A stretch of 64,000 nt of DNA, from NCBI GenBank assembly GCA_028534125.1, contig CM052817.1, forward strand, positions 16,432,001 to 16,496,000, in the 5' to 3' direction. Origin of the DNA: Lama glama. Its lineage: Eukaryota. The notes under the pieces were generated by a model. It saw only the letters and a program-made list of their open reading frames with translations, had not been told where the DNA came from and ran no database searches. The position numbers and the translations under genes are program-made. Of the stretch, positions 26,701 to 40,084 are shown piece by piece; position 1 is the stretch's first letter, and the number at the start of each line of letters is the position of its first letter.

Positions 26701-28048
26701 AAGAACATGGGGGTTTGATTGGCTATTGCTAAGTGGACTTGATACTTTAGGGGGAGATAATGAAAGACTGATTAATTTGCAATTCAAAGCTCAATATGAA
26801 AGCCAGAAGATCTTCTGGGAGCATATGATGAGGTTTCATCTCCTGCAGTGGGAAGACCGAAAACTGAGGACCAATCCCAGGACTTAACTAAACAGTAGCA
26901 GAAGGCCGAGTGGAAACTTGGGCAGGCATGAGATTTCAAGGTTAGGTCCCTGGTTGGGAAAGAGCAGGACTCTGACACTTGGGATGAGGACATTTAGGTT
27001 TATATACATAAAAAGTCTTGAACCCCTAAATTCTCTACAACCTGCTGTGCCTGCCAAAATGCCCCACTACTTCCTATTAAAAGCAAGTGCTCCTTCATGT
27101 GAGATGAGAGCCTTCTGAGCAGGATGATATGCACCTCCCTCAGGATATACCTCTGCCTTCCCTGCTGGCCACTAGACAGTGATTAAGTAGCAATATATGA
27201 TATTCCAGGGACAGTCTAAGGCTGATAATATTGGAAGCAACTCCCAAGAAGCTGTAGGACCTGGCCAACCAGCAGGAGCCAGGGAAGTATGCATGGGATT
27301 GAATTCTGAAGGTTCTGGATAAAGAAGGGAAGAGAGAGTGGGAACATAGTTGGATGAGGGAGAATTTATCAATTTGAGGATACACTCCCAGGACACAGGA
27401 TTTAAACACTCATGCAGGAATCCCAAGTGATGCAGAACACACTCAAGATGTCATCAAGAGGCATGGAAAAAGCAACGGCTCACAGTAGACCAACTTAGTT
27501 AGAAATGTTGAAACTGCTGTGGTTGACACTGTAAGGGGGGATTAAAGGGCACAAATAAGTGAACATGCTAGAGCAAAAATATTTGTATAAAGCTGGAGAA
27601 CTCAGCCAATGAGTATATTCCCCAGAAAAGTTCAGAGGATATACCACTTATCAATTCAAAAAGGAGTTTTCTGGTGACATGCATCAACATCACTCATAAA
27701 TTCAGTGGTGGCTCTCTTTGTAGTCTGGGCCTGAAGGTATAAGATGACATTTCAGAGCTGGGCTCCTGAAAGCAGTAGAGATAATAGGACCCTGTAACAT
27801 AGAGGTCTTATGGTGGTATTAAACATCCAAAACCAAGTGGACACTACAAGGTAGAAGTGCAGTCCAGGGGACCTGACCCATAGAATTATAGAGATGGCAA
27901 GCAGGTCAAGTCATCTAGGGCAAAATAGATGGGCAGCCATCAAAGGAAGTCCTCAATCTGAACAACTGAAGTAAATCAAGGATGGACAATCAAGAGGTTG
28001 AGATCAGTTACCCCAAAGAAAACTTGCCCAGTTTCTGAACCTAAACCA

Positions 28049-28478
28049 CGTCAAATACCAAATTCTGCATGCTGAGTAAAACAAAGCAGAAATACAAGTT
28101 TATTGCAAGGGTTTCAACATGCAAACCAGGACATTCAAGTCTACCAGAGCACTGAGTTCCAAGTTGCTCACAGACTAAAAGGTTTTTATTGGGTAAATGC
28201 AGAAGTTGTTTGTCTTTTTAAGCTGTTTGGTTACCAGGTGGTCTTCCTTATTTTGATCAGGGTAGCTGAGTCAGAGGAACAAGGAAATCCAAAGATGATG
28301 TAAATAGACTTGGCATTGGGGGATTACCTGGCATCGTCTGCTGATTTCTGAGAAGAGTTGTAAATTCCTGCAGCATATGTTAGGTAAGGATAAGTTTCAT
28401 TTTTCCTTAAGGCATTTGCATTGGTCAACTCCACTGTGTCCCCAACATAAGTGACTCTATTCTAGTTTTGATTCCTCA
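28049..28478 (-). mobile_element. Solo LTR (ERV1-like) nested in the ERVL
   Basis: Minus strand starts TGAGGAATCAAAACTAGAATAGAGTCACTT, has AATAAA near its end and finishes TGACG; 4-bp TSD-like ACCA/ATCA; ERVL sequence resumes on both sides. Confidence 0.65.
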
Positions 28479-29009
28479 ATCAGTTTCTCAGCCTGAAATA
28501 CATTAATTACTGAAGAAACGTGTCCCTAGGAGAAAGGACTCTATGACACCATAACAAGTGTGTACAGTAATAATTCCCCGAGTCCTTTCCTCAAGGGATC
28601 TATACCATTTGCTTATGTAGCCGTATGCTGGAGAATAGAGAATATGCAAATATTTCAAGGACAGTTGGGTACAGAATCTGAGCTGACATTGATACTGAGA
28701 GACTCAAAGTGTCATTATGGACTCTGTTAGAATGGAAGCAGATGGGAGCCTGGAATGGAGGTCTCACCCAGGTCCAGCTCATAGTAGTTTTCCTGGGTTC
28801 TCAAACACACTCACTTGTCATGTCTCCAGTCCACAAATGTACACTTAGAATAGACATCCTTGGTAGTTTGCACAACCCCCATATTGAATTTTTGGCCTGT
28901 AAGGAGTAAGAACTGTCATAGTGGGGAATGCCAAGTAGAAGCTTATGAAACTGCACCTCCCACCCCAGCCAAGATACTAAATAAGAAACAACCTGGGGAG
29001 AAATTTCCA

Positions 29010-31890
29010 CTTACACCTCCAGCATGTAAATAGCTGTAGGCGTTACCATTTATGTTCTTAGAAGAAAAAGCTGAAGAAACTGAAAGCCAATGGCTTTTCT
29101 TGGAACCATTAGAAAACTGAGGTTGGCGAGTAAACTGCCACCTTGAAGTCTGGAGAGATAGGCAAGTTTGTAGAGTCACAGCAAAGATCTGTTTTCATAG
29201 AGCAGAAGCCACTGGAGTCATAACTGTTTGGTGCAGTCACCTAAATGATCATTCTGGCAAATTACTAAAGGCTGAGAGGGGCGATCTGGAGAGTGAGAAA
29301 TTCCTGTGGTCCCCAGTATTAGGGGGGCTCCCACATTTCAGTGGATTTTACCTCTAGGAATCCCATCAAGTTTTCACAATAAAGAGCCAAGTAAGATACT
29401 CTCATGGCTCTGCTAGAATGGGAGAAGACTTTATTGGAGCCTTGTCCCACCTTGGAGGAGGGCAATTCTCCCACTCCAACCCCTTCTAGCCATCCTGTCT
29501 CACCGAAAAGGGTAAAAAAAAAAAGCTAAGAAAGACTTGTGGAGGTCACAGCTCAGAAATACAAGCCCATTAAAAGACTGAGATTCCATCATAAGAGTGG
29601 AGAACACCCCCATCCCCACCAGCAGGGCTCTGGTATAACAGTGGTATAACACTGAAAGAGCTGCCAGATAAGGACTCTTAACTGAGGAAAATTCCTAGGG
29701 AAACCCTAGTCAACAGGGGAGAGTAAAGGACACCAGAGGAATTTGAAGCCTTCAGCACCTACAGCTACAGCAAACATTAAACGCGGCCCAACTTCTGCCA
29801 GATAAACATAAAACCACACACTAAAGACCTACTGTTTACTCCAGTTCCTATTACCCAATACATCACACCAGCTTTCAAGAAGAAATTACAAGGCATGCTA
29901 AGAGACAAGAGAAAACATAGTGTGAAGAGACAAAGCAAGCATTAGAACCAGACTCAGATATGACACACATTTTGGAATTATCAGACAGGAAATTTAAAAT
30001 AACTGATTAGAAGGCTAAGGGCTCTAATGGAAAAAGTAAATGACACACAAGAGCAGATGGGTAGTATAAGTAAAGAGATGGAAACACTAAAAAAGAATGA
30101 AAAGGAATTGCTAGAAGTCAAAACACTGTAACGGAGATGAAGAATGCCTTGCAAAGAATATTAACAGAAATTCTTCAAGGAAAGGGAAGTGATACAATAC
30201 AGATCAGAAACTCAGATCTACATAAAGAATTGGAGAAGGAATAAATGAAGGTAAAATAAAATCATTTATTTTTCTTATTCTTAATTGATCCAACAGATAA
30301 CAGTTCATTTAAAGTAATGTTGATAACATATTGGGTGGTTCTAGCAAATGGATAAGTGAAATGAATGACAGCAGTGTCTTAAGGGATGGGAGGGAAGTAC
30401 TGGGGGTACTCTGGTAAGTTACCTACAGCATACATGAAGCAGTATAATGTTATTTGAAGATGGACTTAGCTAAGTTGAAATGTATATTGAAAACTCTAAG
30501 GCAACCACTAAAGTTTTTGGGAAATGTAATTGATATGCTGAGTGAGGAGACAAGGAGATAAAATGAAATCATATAAAATGTTCAACTGAAACCTGAGAAG
30601 GCAGAAAAAGAGGGTGAGAGAAAATAAAGAACAACTGTATGAAAAGGAATGTGTGTGTGTATATATATATGTATCTCCATATAACTGAACCACTATGCTG
30701 TACACCTGAAACTAACACAACATTTAAACCAACTATACTTCAATAAAAAAAAGAACAAATGCAATGAATAGAAAACAGTTACAAAATCACCCCAGGGAAA
30801 CAACAAAATACAAACAACCTACTTTAAAAAGTGGGTAAAGGACTTTAATAGGCACTTCTCCAAAAAAAGATATGCAGATACCCAATAAGCACATAAAAAG
30901 ATGCTCAACATCACTAATCATTAGGGAAGTGCAAATCAAAATCACAATAAGAAATCACTTACACTCATTAAGATGCCTATTATAAAAACAAACAAGCAGC
31001 ATATAACAAGTGTTGGTGAGAATGTGGAGAAATTGGAACCCTTTGTGCATGGTAGTTGGGAATGTAAAATGGTGCAGTCACTATGGAAAACAGTATGATG
31101 ATTAAACATCAAAAGATTAAACAAAGAATTACCATGTGATTCAGCAATTCCTCTTCCGGGCATATATCCAAAAGAATTGAAAGCAAGGACTTAAATAGAC
31201 ATTTGTACATCCATGTTCATAAAAGCATTATTTCTCAATGGCCAAAAGGTAGAAATAACCCAAATATTAATTGATGGATGAATGGATAAACAAAATGTGG
31301 TATATACAAACAATGGAATATTATTTTTAATAAGGCATGAAAATCAGACCATCTATAATATAGATGAACCTTGAAGACAATACGCTGAGGGAAATAAGAT
31401 GCTGAGATTTCTGGAGATTAATGGTGGTGGTGGTTGCACAACTATGTGAATGTACTTAATGCCACTGAATGTACATTCTAAAATGGCTAAAATGATACAT
31501 TTTATGTTATATAGTCATCCCTTGGTATTCAAGGGGGAATGGTTCCAGAACCCCTACGGGTACCAGAATCCACAGATGCTCAAATGCCTTATATAAAATG
31601 GTGTAATATTTGCATATAACCTATACACATTCTCCTGTATATTTTAAGTCATCTCTACATTACTTATAATACCTAATACAATGTAAATGCTATGTAAATA
31701 GTTGTAAATACAATGTAAATGCTATGCAAATATTTGCCAAAGTGTGGCAAATTCAACTTTTGCTTTTTGGAACTTTCTGGAATTTTTTAATATTTTTGAT
31801 CCACCTTTGGTTGAATTTGTACATGCAGATATAGAGGGCCAACTGTACATATTTTACCACCCACATTTTTTAAAAAACTGAGAGAAAAAG
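29010..31890 (+). mobile_element. Old L1 (L1M) fragments nested in the ERVL
   Basis: ORF1-like (GGAATTATCAGACAGGAAATTTAAAATAAC) and ORF2-end/3' UTR-like (GATGCTCAACATCACTAATCATTAGGGAA, GATGAATGGATAAACAAAATGTGG) sequences. Confidence 0.8.
31512..31845 (+). mobile_element. MER2B-like Tigger-family MITE
   Basis: TA TSDs; terminal inverted repeats (TAGTCATCCCTTGGTAT / ATAGAGGGCCAACTG); internal duplicated AATACAATGTAAATGCTATG. Confidence 0.8.
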
Positions 31891-33093
31891 GTAAAAATGG
31901 TTGTCTCGCTTAAAGACCTAAGAGATAGATGGGTGGCAAATCAACTCTTTCTATCCCTATCAAAAAGAGAATCAGAAAATACTCACTCCTTTGGAATGTG
32001 TGAGGTTATCCATATATAGCTTTGCCCTTAAGCTGTGTTAACTCTCTGTCCTCTGTCACAACATAGTCTGAAGAGACATGGACCAGCTGGACATCCCACA
32101 GAAAATCACACTGGTCCAGTAAATTGATGACATCATGATTGTTGGACAAAATGCACAAGAAGTTGCTAGGATATTAAAAAAATCATGATATGTTTCAATT
32201 AATATGTGTATATGTGTTTATATGTGAACTTATTATGTCCAAGATCTATTCCTAATTAAAACTTTTTTAATTAAAAAAATAAGTTGCTAGAATATTGGAG
32301 GCCTTAGTAATTCACATACATTCTTTTTGTTGTTGTTGTTGTTCTAGTTCTGTGAAAAATGCCCTTGGTTTTTTGTTTTTTGTTTTTGTTTTTGTTTTTT
32401 AGTGGAGGGCATGAACCTTAGAAGATTCAGAAGCTTACCACATAAGTAATTTTTTAGAGTCCACTGAGCTTGGGTATGCTGGGACATCCCCTCCAAAGTA
32501 AAGGAGGAATTACTGCATCTTGTAACTCCCATTATGAGAAAGGCAGCACTATACCTGCCACGTAGGCCTCTTCAGGTTCTGGAAACTATAGTCCCAGCAA
32601 TAATGCACTAACTCAAATCTGACACAGAAGGATGCCATTTTTCTGTGGGGTCCACAGCAGGAGAGGACTCTACAGCCTGTCCAGGCCCAAAGCCAGCAGC
32701 AGCAGCTGGCCTCTTGGACCACACAGCCCAGCAGACCCTATAGTGGGAAAATATGACATGTAGATTTTATGGCAAGCTTCAATAGGAGAATCACATTGTA
32801 GATCCATAGGGTTCTGGATCAAAGCCATATCAACTGCAACAGAAAATTGTATACCTTTCAAAACTCAGCTCTTGTAGTACTGCCGGGTCTCAACAGAGAC
32901 AAGTACCTCACCATGGAATAGCAAGTGACCGTGACACCAGAACTACCCTTCAAGAGATATTTCTGTCACCTACTGTAAGCCAAAAGGTGGGGCTGGCCCA
33001 GATGGAAGAGGTACATCTAGGAATGAATATCAGTAAGACCTGAGAGCACAAGCAAGATGTAAGAGAAGATAGCATGCAGGTAGGACACAGCAC

Positions 33094-33487
33094 CTGGTGG
33101 TATGCTGGACCCAGTCTGCGCTAGCTCCTGAGAGCTCATTGTTAAGTTTCCAAGAAGGTTGCCATCCTGTTGACATCACATTGTAGTTTGAAATTGACTA
33201 TAGTGGAAGTATTCACACCATGAAAATTAGCAAATACTACAAATCAGATTTTTTTCCTCCTTTTCAGAAAACTGGTTTTTATTTTTATTTTTATTCAATT
33301 TATTTATTTTATTGAAGTATAGTTGATGTACAATATTATTTAAGTTATAGGTGTATAATGTAGTGATTCACAGCTTTTAAAGATTATATGCCATTTATAG
33401 TTATTCTAAAATATTGTCTGTAATTCCTGTGTTGTACAATTTATTCTTGTAGAGGGCTGGTTTTAAAATACTTACCAGTAGATGCCT
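33094..33487 (+). mobile_element. MER63-like hAT-Blackjack element with an antisense L1 3' tail inside (~33280-33450)
   Basis: GGTGGTATGCTGG...GAGAGCTCATTGTTAA...CACCATGAAAATTAGCAAATACTACAAATCAG...TTACCAG; T-rich L1 tail interrupts it. Confidence 0.65.
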
Positions 33488-35511
33488 GCTTAGCTCACAT
33501 CTTTTAGTGCATGGTGGAGTCGGGGAATCCTTGATAATCAGTTGATGTAGCTAGAAAAAGCCTGGGCTTGATTCACAAATGACTCAACTTACTTTGTTGG
33601 TACAAGCTACAAATGGTGATGGCTGCACTGCTCCACCCAGTGTGGCTTTGAGAGATGATGGTGAGGGAAATTCCTCCCACCTGGTCAGCCACTTTATGTG
33701 GAAAGAGAAGTAGCCTAAAATTAGAATACACAGGGACTCACAGGCAGTGCTGAATAGCTTGGCCATCTGGTCAGAGGTCTGGAAGCAGAAAGCTTGGAAG
33801 ATTGAAGAACAACAAAGACTAGGGTAAAGCCATGTGGGTGAACATACGGAAGTGAGCATAGAGTGTGAAGATCTTTATTTCACATGTTAATGACCAACAG
33901 CGAACATTCATTGTAGAAGAGGCACTGAAAAACACACATATCAGTTGATACAAGTCAGCCTCTGACATCAGCCACTCTGGTGCTTGCATGATGGGCACAT
34001 GAGTGGGATTCCCACCATGGCAGGGATGGAGGTATACACGGATGTAATAGCACCAGTCCTACTTACAGCTGATCTAGTTACTGCCACCACTGAATGTCCA
34101 ACCTTCTAGCAACAGAAACCAATGCTGACTGCCCAGTATGACACAATCCCTCAAAGAGACCAAGCAAGCACTTGGTGATAACTTAACAATGTTGGATACC
34201 ATCTTCCGTTTGACAAGAATAGACAGGTATTCTAGGCGTGGATTTGCCTTTCCTGCCTGGAGAGCCTCAGCCAGTACCATTATCCAAGCATATATAGAAT
34301 ATTTAATCCTCCAGCATGAGATTCCACATACTCTTGTGTTACACAAAGGAACCTTCCACTTAACATTAAAGGAGATGCTGGGACAGGCACATGACCATGA
34401 GATCCACTGTTCATATCACATACTGCAATACACAGAAGCCACTACCCTGATGGAAGAACCGGCTCAAAGACAATACCTTGTGAGCATGACACACCATCCT
34501 CCATAATGCGGTGCACATTCTAAATAAATGACCCTTATATGCTGCTGTTTCCCCAGTGGGTGGAATACATAGGCCTAGGGATCAAGAAATGGAAGCAATA
34601 CTTCCATTTTTCCTTCAGTCCTAACAATCCATTCTGGGCATTTTTGCTTCCCATTCCTGAAACTTTGGGGTCTGAACAGCCAAGAGTCCTGTTTCCTAAA
34701 AGGGAGTTCTTTCACCCTGGCTGCCACCGGGCTCTTTAAGCTCCTCATGCCAAGGGACCAGAGGGCAAGAAGAGGAATCACCATCCTGGCCCTAGTCACC
34801 AGGAGGAGACAAGACTGCTGTTCCCCAGTGGGGGCAGAAAATAATATGCTTTCCACCCATGGTCCATTTGAGTACCTCTTGGTACTCTCTTGTCCAATTT
34901 TAATAGTAAATAGAACAATGTAGCAGGCACAGCCTGAAACTAGCATAGTGACTAAGGACTCAGACCCTAAGTTGAGAGTTGAGAGTCTGGGTCACACTAC
35001 TAGGTGAGCCACCAGGAGCACCAGAGGTGCTGGCTGAGGGTGAGGGTAGATGGCTGGTGGAGGAGGAGATGATGAGCATTCATTGCAGCACTGAGACCTG
35101 CTAGAGCGGTGGTGTCTATAGTTGATCTGAATGGAGTACCTCCTCCCCAGGTGGCCTGTAACTGATCATCATGGAAATATAAATCCTGGTCCCAGCCATC
35201 ATGATCTGGATCAAACTGGGAGGGCTTTCCTAGCTTTGCAATTCCTGTTGGGATTGACTTAGACATTTTGGGAAACTAACACAGCCAAACTCCTCTCTGC
35301 CAGATCCTACTTTCTTCCCTTTCTTTCCACTGGTGTTGATCCCTGAAGCAGTCCCTAATAAACTTCCTACATGCTGATCTCAGTGTCAGAGTCTGCTTCC
35401 CAGGAAACTCAACTGAGAATCCTAGGTTGGTTCCTTTATTTTCAGTATAAACAACCTTCAAACAAATTCTAGGTGAATGGTCAGAAAGTTTGAAAGCCTC
35501 TTATGTACACT

Positions 35512-36630
35512 CATTTATTCACTCATTCAACAAATATTTATTTAGCACCAACTAGATATCAAGAACCATTCTAGAGGCTAAGGCTATAGTGATAAAAAAT
35601 TATAATTAAAAAGATCCCTTCCCTTGTGGCACTTATATTCTAGTGGAGGGTAACCAACAATAAGCATGAAATGAGTAAGAGAATTTCAGATATTGATGGG
35701 TGCTATGAAGAAAAAAGACGCTAGTCTGACAGACTGACTGGAGGTGCTACATGTGTGATGGCCTACACTGAGAAGGTGGCTGGGAAAAGCTTCTCTTGGA
35801 AGATGACATTTGAGCCAGGATAACAGACACCCAGCCTTTCAAGAACTTTGTAACAATATTCCAGGCAGAAAAAAAAAAAAAACATGTATAGGGAAGGAAA
35901 TGAGTATGAGTATGGAAAAAATAGAAAAAATAGAAAAAAAGCTAGAATGGAAGGAGGTGGTGACCAACAAGGAGCAGGCTAAGAGGAGACCATTACAGTA
36001 GGCAGGGGGTCAGATTGTGTAGGACCCAAGAATCAGTGTAAGGAGTTTGGATTAATTCTAATTTCAATGGAAATCCATCAGAGGATTTTAAACAAGGGAG
36101 TAGCATCATCTGTTTTACTTTTTAATAAGTTGCTTTATTTGTTGTTGGAGAACCAACTTTGGGAGGAAAAGGCATAAGTGAGAGCAGGGAAACTGTTGTA
36201 AAAAGCTACCAAAGTAGCTCAGGTGAGAAATCATGGTGACTAAACCTGGGATGGTGGCAATAAAGCAAAGATGTAGTTGGATTTGGGATCTATTTTAAAG
36301 GCAGTGGAGAGGGTATAGCCCAATGGTAGAGAGCATTCTTAGCATACACAGGCAAGGTCCCAGGTTCAAGCCTCAGTACCTCCATTTAAAAAATAAACAA
36401 ATAAACCTAATTACCTCCCCCTCCCAAAAAAGATTAAAAAAAAAAGGAAGGATATTTTAAAGGCAGAGTCAACAGGATGTGCTAATGGATTATCTCAGTA
36501 GAAGTTCATGATAACAGATAGAAAGAAGAGTATAGAGTGTCTGATCAATCGAGAGCTGTTTATTAAGATGGGAGGATTGTGGCGGGTGGGTTGCAGGGAA
36601 TGAATCACAAGTCCTATTTTGGTTTTGCTA
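35512..36630 (-). mobile_element. L2 LINE fragment, antisense
   Basis: CATTTATTCACTCATTCAACAAATATTTATT start (reverse of the L2 3' end); GAGGATTTTAAACAAGGGAG. Confidence 0.8.
36305..36452 (+). mobile_element. Vic-1-like SINE inserted in an L2
   Basis: tRNA-like head; perfect 14-bp TSD TATTTTAAAGGCAG at 36291-36304 and 36453-36466. Confidence 0.9.
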
Positions 36631-37229
36631 AGAGACATGACACAGAGTAATAGGTGAAATCATGAGTTCTGATACACTGTCCAGGGTTAGCTGGTAAAAA
36701 ATAATACTGAGTTCCCCCAGCAAGAAGTCAGGGCACTTCTGGATTGCCAGTCAACTACTGCAAACATCGGAGGGATATGGGACAAGGATATCAATGAATG
36801 CTTCTGGCCTGCAGCATATACACCTTCTCTCTCCTCCCTGTATGGACACCCCAGCACAACTGTGATGGCTCTGGTCTAGGCTCCCACGGGCACAGACTCC
36901 AAGCAGCCACACTGCCTTAGCCCTGTAGACACCTGGCCAAGAGACCTGGTCAAGTGGGTGAGCATTGCCAGAGAAGAGCCCCAGTGGAGCCCTGTGGAGC
37001 CCAGGGCTCAGGGCAGGCGCCCAGCTCCCTGGGTCTAAGGAAGATCCTGCTCTAGGCTCTAATAATTTGTACCAGTTTCTACCCCCAGCATGAAAACTGT
37101 ATAAACAGAGCAGTAAGAAGCTCAGAGAGCCTTGTTATCAGCCCCCTACAGGTGCTGAATTTTTTTAAAAGGAAGTAAGAAGAATGGGAGCCTATAAAGA
37201 AAACAAAAAGGAACAGAAAGTGAGGAAGG

Positions 37230-38565
37230 ACAAGATACAATAAACCTCCTAGAAGAAAATATAGGTAAAACATTATCTGGCATACATCTCAAAAATGCTC
37301 TCCTAGGGCAGTCTACCCAAGCAATAGAAATAAAAGCAAGAATAAACAAATGAGACCTAATTAAACTTACAAGCTTCTACACAGCAAAGGAAGCCATAAG
37401 TAAAACAAAATGACAACCTACAGAACGGGAGAAAATTTTTGCAAACAATGAAACCAACAAAGGCTTGATCTCCAGAATATATAAGCAGCTCATACAACAT
37501 AATAAGAAAAAAACAAACAACCCAATCCAAAAATGGGCAGAAGACCTAAACAAGCAATTCTCCAAGGAAAAAATACAAATGATCAATAGGCATATGAGGA
37601 AAATGCTCAATATCACTAATTATCAGAGAAATGCAAATCAAAACTATGATGAAGTATCACCTCACACCAGCCAGAATAGCCATCATTCAAAAGTCCACAA
37701 ATGACAAATGCTGAAGAGGCTGTGGAGAAAAGGGAACCCTCCTACACTGCTGGTGGGAATGCAGTTTGGTGCAGCCACTGTGGAAAACAATATGGAGATT
37801 CCTCGAAAGACTAGGAATAGACCTACCAGATGACCCAGAAATCCCACTCCTGGGCATATATCCAGAAGGAACCCTACTTCAAAAAGACACCAGCACCCCA
37901 ATGTTCATAGCAGCACTGCTTACAATAGCCAAGACATGGAAACAGCCTAAATGTACATCAACAGATGACTGGATAAAGAAGTTGTGGTATTTTTATACAA
38001 TGGAATACTATTCGGCCATAAAAATGACAACGCCATTTGCAGCAACATGGATGTTCCTGGAGAATATCATTCTAAGTGAAGTAAGCCAGAAAGAGAAAAA
38101 AAAATACCATATGAGATCGCTCATATGTGGAATCTAAAAAAAAAAAAAAAGAACATAAATACAAAACAGAAACAGACTTATAGACATAGAATACAAACTT
38201 GTGGTTGCCAAGGGGGTGGGGGGGTGGGAAGGGACAGACTGAGATTTTAGAATTTGTAGATACTGACAGGCATATGCAGAATAGATAAACAAGATTATAC
38301 TGTATAGCACAGGGAGATATATACAAGATCTTGTGGTAGCTCACAGCAAAAAAAAAGTGACAATTAATATATGTATGTTCATGTGTAATTGAAAAATTGT
38401 GCTCTATGCTGGAATTTGACACAACATTATAAAATGACTATAACTCAATAAAAAAGTTACAAAAATAGAATAAAATAAAACTATGAGATCTCAATTAAAT
38501 ACTTACAATGGGCAACATGGTGCCTGCAAAAAAAAAAAAAGATTTAGAATGAGAAATAAAAAAAA
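37230..38565 (+). mobile_element. Young 5'-truncated L1 (ORF2 C-terminus, 3' UTR, polyA) with extra 3' sequence
   Basis: ORFs 37465-37704 and 37766-38137 match the L1 ORF2 C-terminal region ([42 protein letters not shown]); TSD AGAAAGTGAG(G/A)AAGG at 37215-37229 and 38566-38580. Confidence 0.93.
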
Positions 38566-39595
38566 AGAAAGTGAGAAAGGCAAGCCCATCACACTGTGAG
38601 AGACCTGAGAACAGTGGCCACATGGTACCCAAGCTTGAAGCCTCAGCACAATGCCTGGAACTTACTAGGAGTCCCCTTACTAGGTGGGGACAGCTTCTCT
38701 TTCCATCACCAGCTTTACACTCTTTTAAGGCACATCTTCCTCTTGGGGAAGTACCAGTGAGGACAATTTGTCCATGTTTCTCAGTTGGGTGAAATAAATG
38801 TCACTGAGCAACCAGCCTTTTGGTTCTTGTTCTCTTGGATCTGCATGCCAACAAAGGAGTCCATTCTCTTCCTTCACTCCCGCTCCTCAGAGGAAGTTTG
38901 CTGAGACAGGGCACCCACCCTTTTCTCACCACCCAGCCCCGCCCCATTCCCTCCAAAAGAGGGGGGAGGCCTGCAGTTTCCAAGCTGTGCTACTTCCATT
39001 CAGAGAGGGAAGAAATATTAGCCCCACTATCAGTCTCACATCTAAGATACAGTTCTTGGTCAGTTCTCCAAAAGCCATTTTTCTAAAAGCCAGTTCACCA
39101 AAGGCTGATTTACTGCATGGTCCAGCCTCCAAGACCCAATCACTAGGAGTCTGCTGTGAGGCTTTTCTGTATCTTCCATGTCTCTCCTTAACATGCTCAT
39201 GCTTTCCTCCACCTTCTTGAATATAATTTAATGCCATCGTCTACTAATTTTATCATGTGTTATTTCTGGCTCTGTTTTATTGATTAATTTTTCTCATCAT
39301 TATGAGTTGCATTATTCTGCTTCTTTGCATGCCTGGTAAATTTTTATTGGATGTAAATATTTTGAATTTTGTCTTGTTTGATAGTGGATATTTTTTTTTC
39401 CTTTGAATAGTTTGGGGCTCTATTCTAGGACACAGTTAAGTTACTTGGAAGGAATTCAATCCTTTCAAAACTTGTCTTTTTCCTTTGTTAGTTGGGTTCA
39501 GAAAAGCCCTTAGTCTAGGGCTAGTTCTGGGAATTATTCTGCCTAATCTTTTCTGGTGGTCTTCCCCTAACCTCATGTAGTTTTCTCACACATAT

Positions 39596-40084
39596 TGCTA
39601 TGGACTGAATGCTTGTGCCCCCCAAATTCACACATTGAACCCCTAACCCTCAATGTGATGGCATTTAGAGGTGGGGCCTTTGGGACATAATTAGGTTTAG
39701 ATGAGATCATGTGGGTGGGACCCTTATGATGGGATTAATGCCGTTATAAAAAGAGGAGGAGACAGGGCATCTCAGTCCCTCTGCGTGTGTACACCAAGGA
39801 TTTAAACAGAAGGAAAGCTCTAACCAAGAAGCCAACCAGGCACCCTGATCTCAGACTTCTAGGCTCCAGAACTGTGAGAAATATGTTTTCTTAAAAAAAA
39901 TTTATTGAAATGTAGTTAATTTACAATATTATATTAGTTTCAGGTGTACAACATATCGATTCAATATTTTTATAGATTATGCTCCACTTAAAGTTATTAC
40001 AAAATAACTGCTGTAGAGAAATAAATGTTTGTTATCGAAGCCACTCAGTCAATGGCCTTTTGTTACTGCATCTGAGCTAAGACA
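39596..40084 (+). mobile_element. MLT1A-like MaLR solo LTR with an antisense L1 tail inside (~39890-40015)
   Basis: TGCTATGGACTGAATG...CCTTTGGGACATAATTAGG...CTCCAGAACTGTGAGAAATA...GCTAAGACA; 5-bp TSD CATAT/CACAT. Confidence 0.85.

Larger units (their letters stand above)
25199..35418 (+). mobile_element. Decayed ERVL provirus (LTR16A-like LTRs, ERV3-16A3/HERV16-like internal region) with nested insertions
   Basis: 5' LTR 25199-26353 (starts TGTAGTGG, GTATAAA, ends CCCTAATAAG...AACCCAACCTAAAAGA); partial 3' LTR ~35140-35418 with the same end (CCCTAATAAAC...CAGAGTCTGCTTCCC). Degenerate protease FQGQLGTESELTLI at 28653 (cf. LDTGSELTLI); RT remnants CHNIV and LVQ*IDDIMI at 32050-32140; DIPSKVK at ~32480; RNase H- and integrase-like remnants at 33570-34600. 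Confidence 0.85.

Noticed and set aside
34138..34506. 122-aa ORF as a gene or domesticated integrase
   Set aside because: It is a degenerate ERVL integrase remnant without clear catalytic motifs, surrounded by stops and frameshifts.
37465..38137. ORFs as a host gene or an active L1
   Set aside because: Frameshifted ORF2 C-terminus of a 5'-truncated L1.
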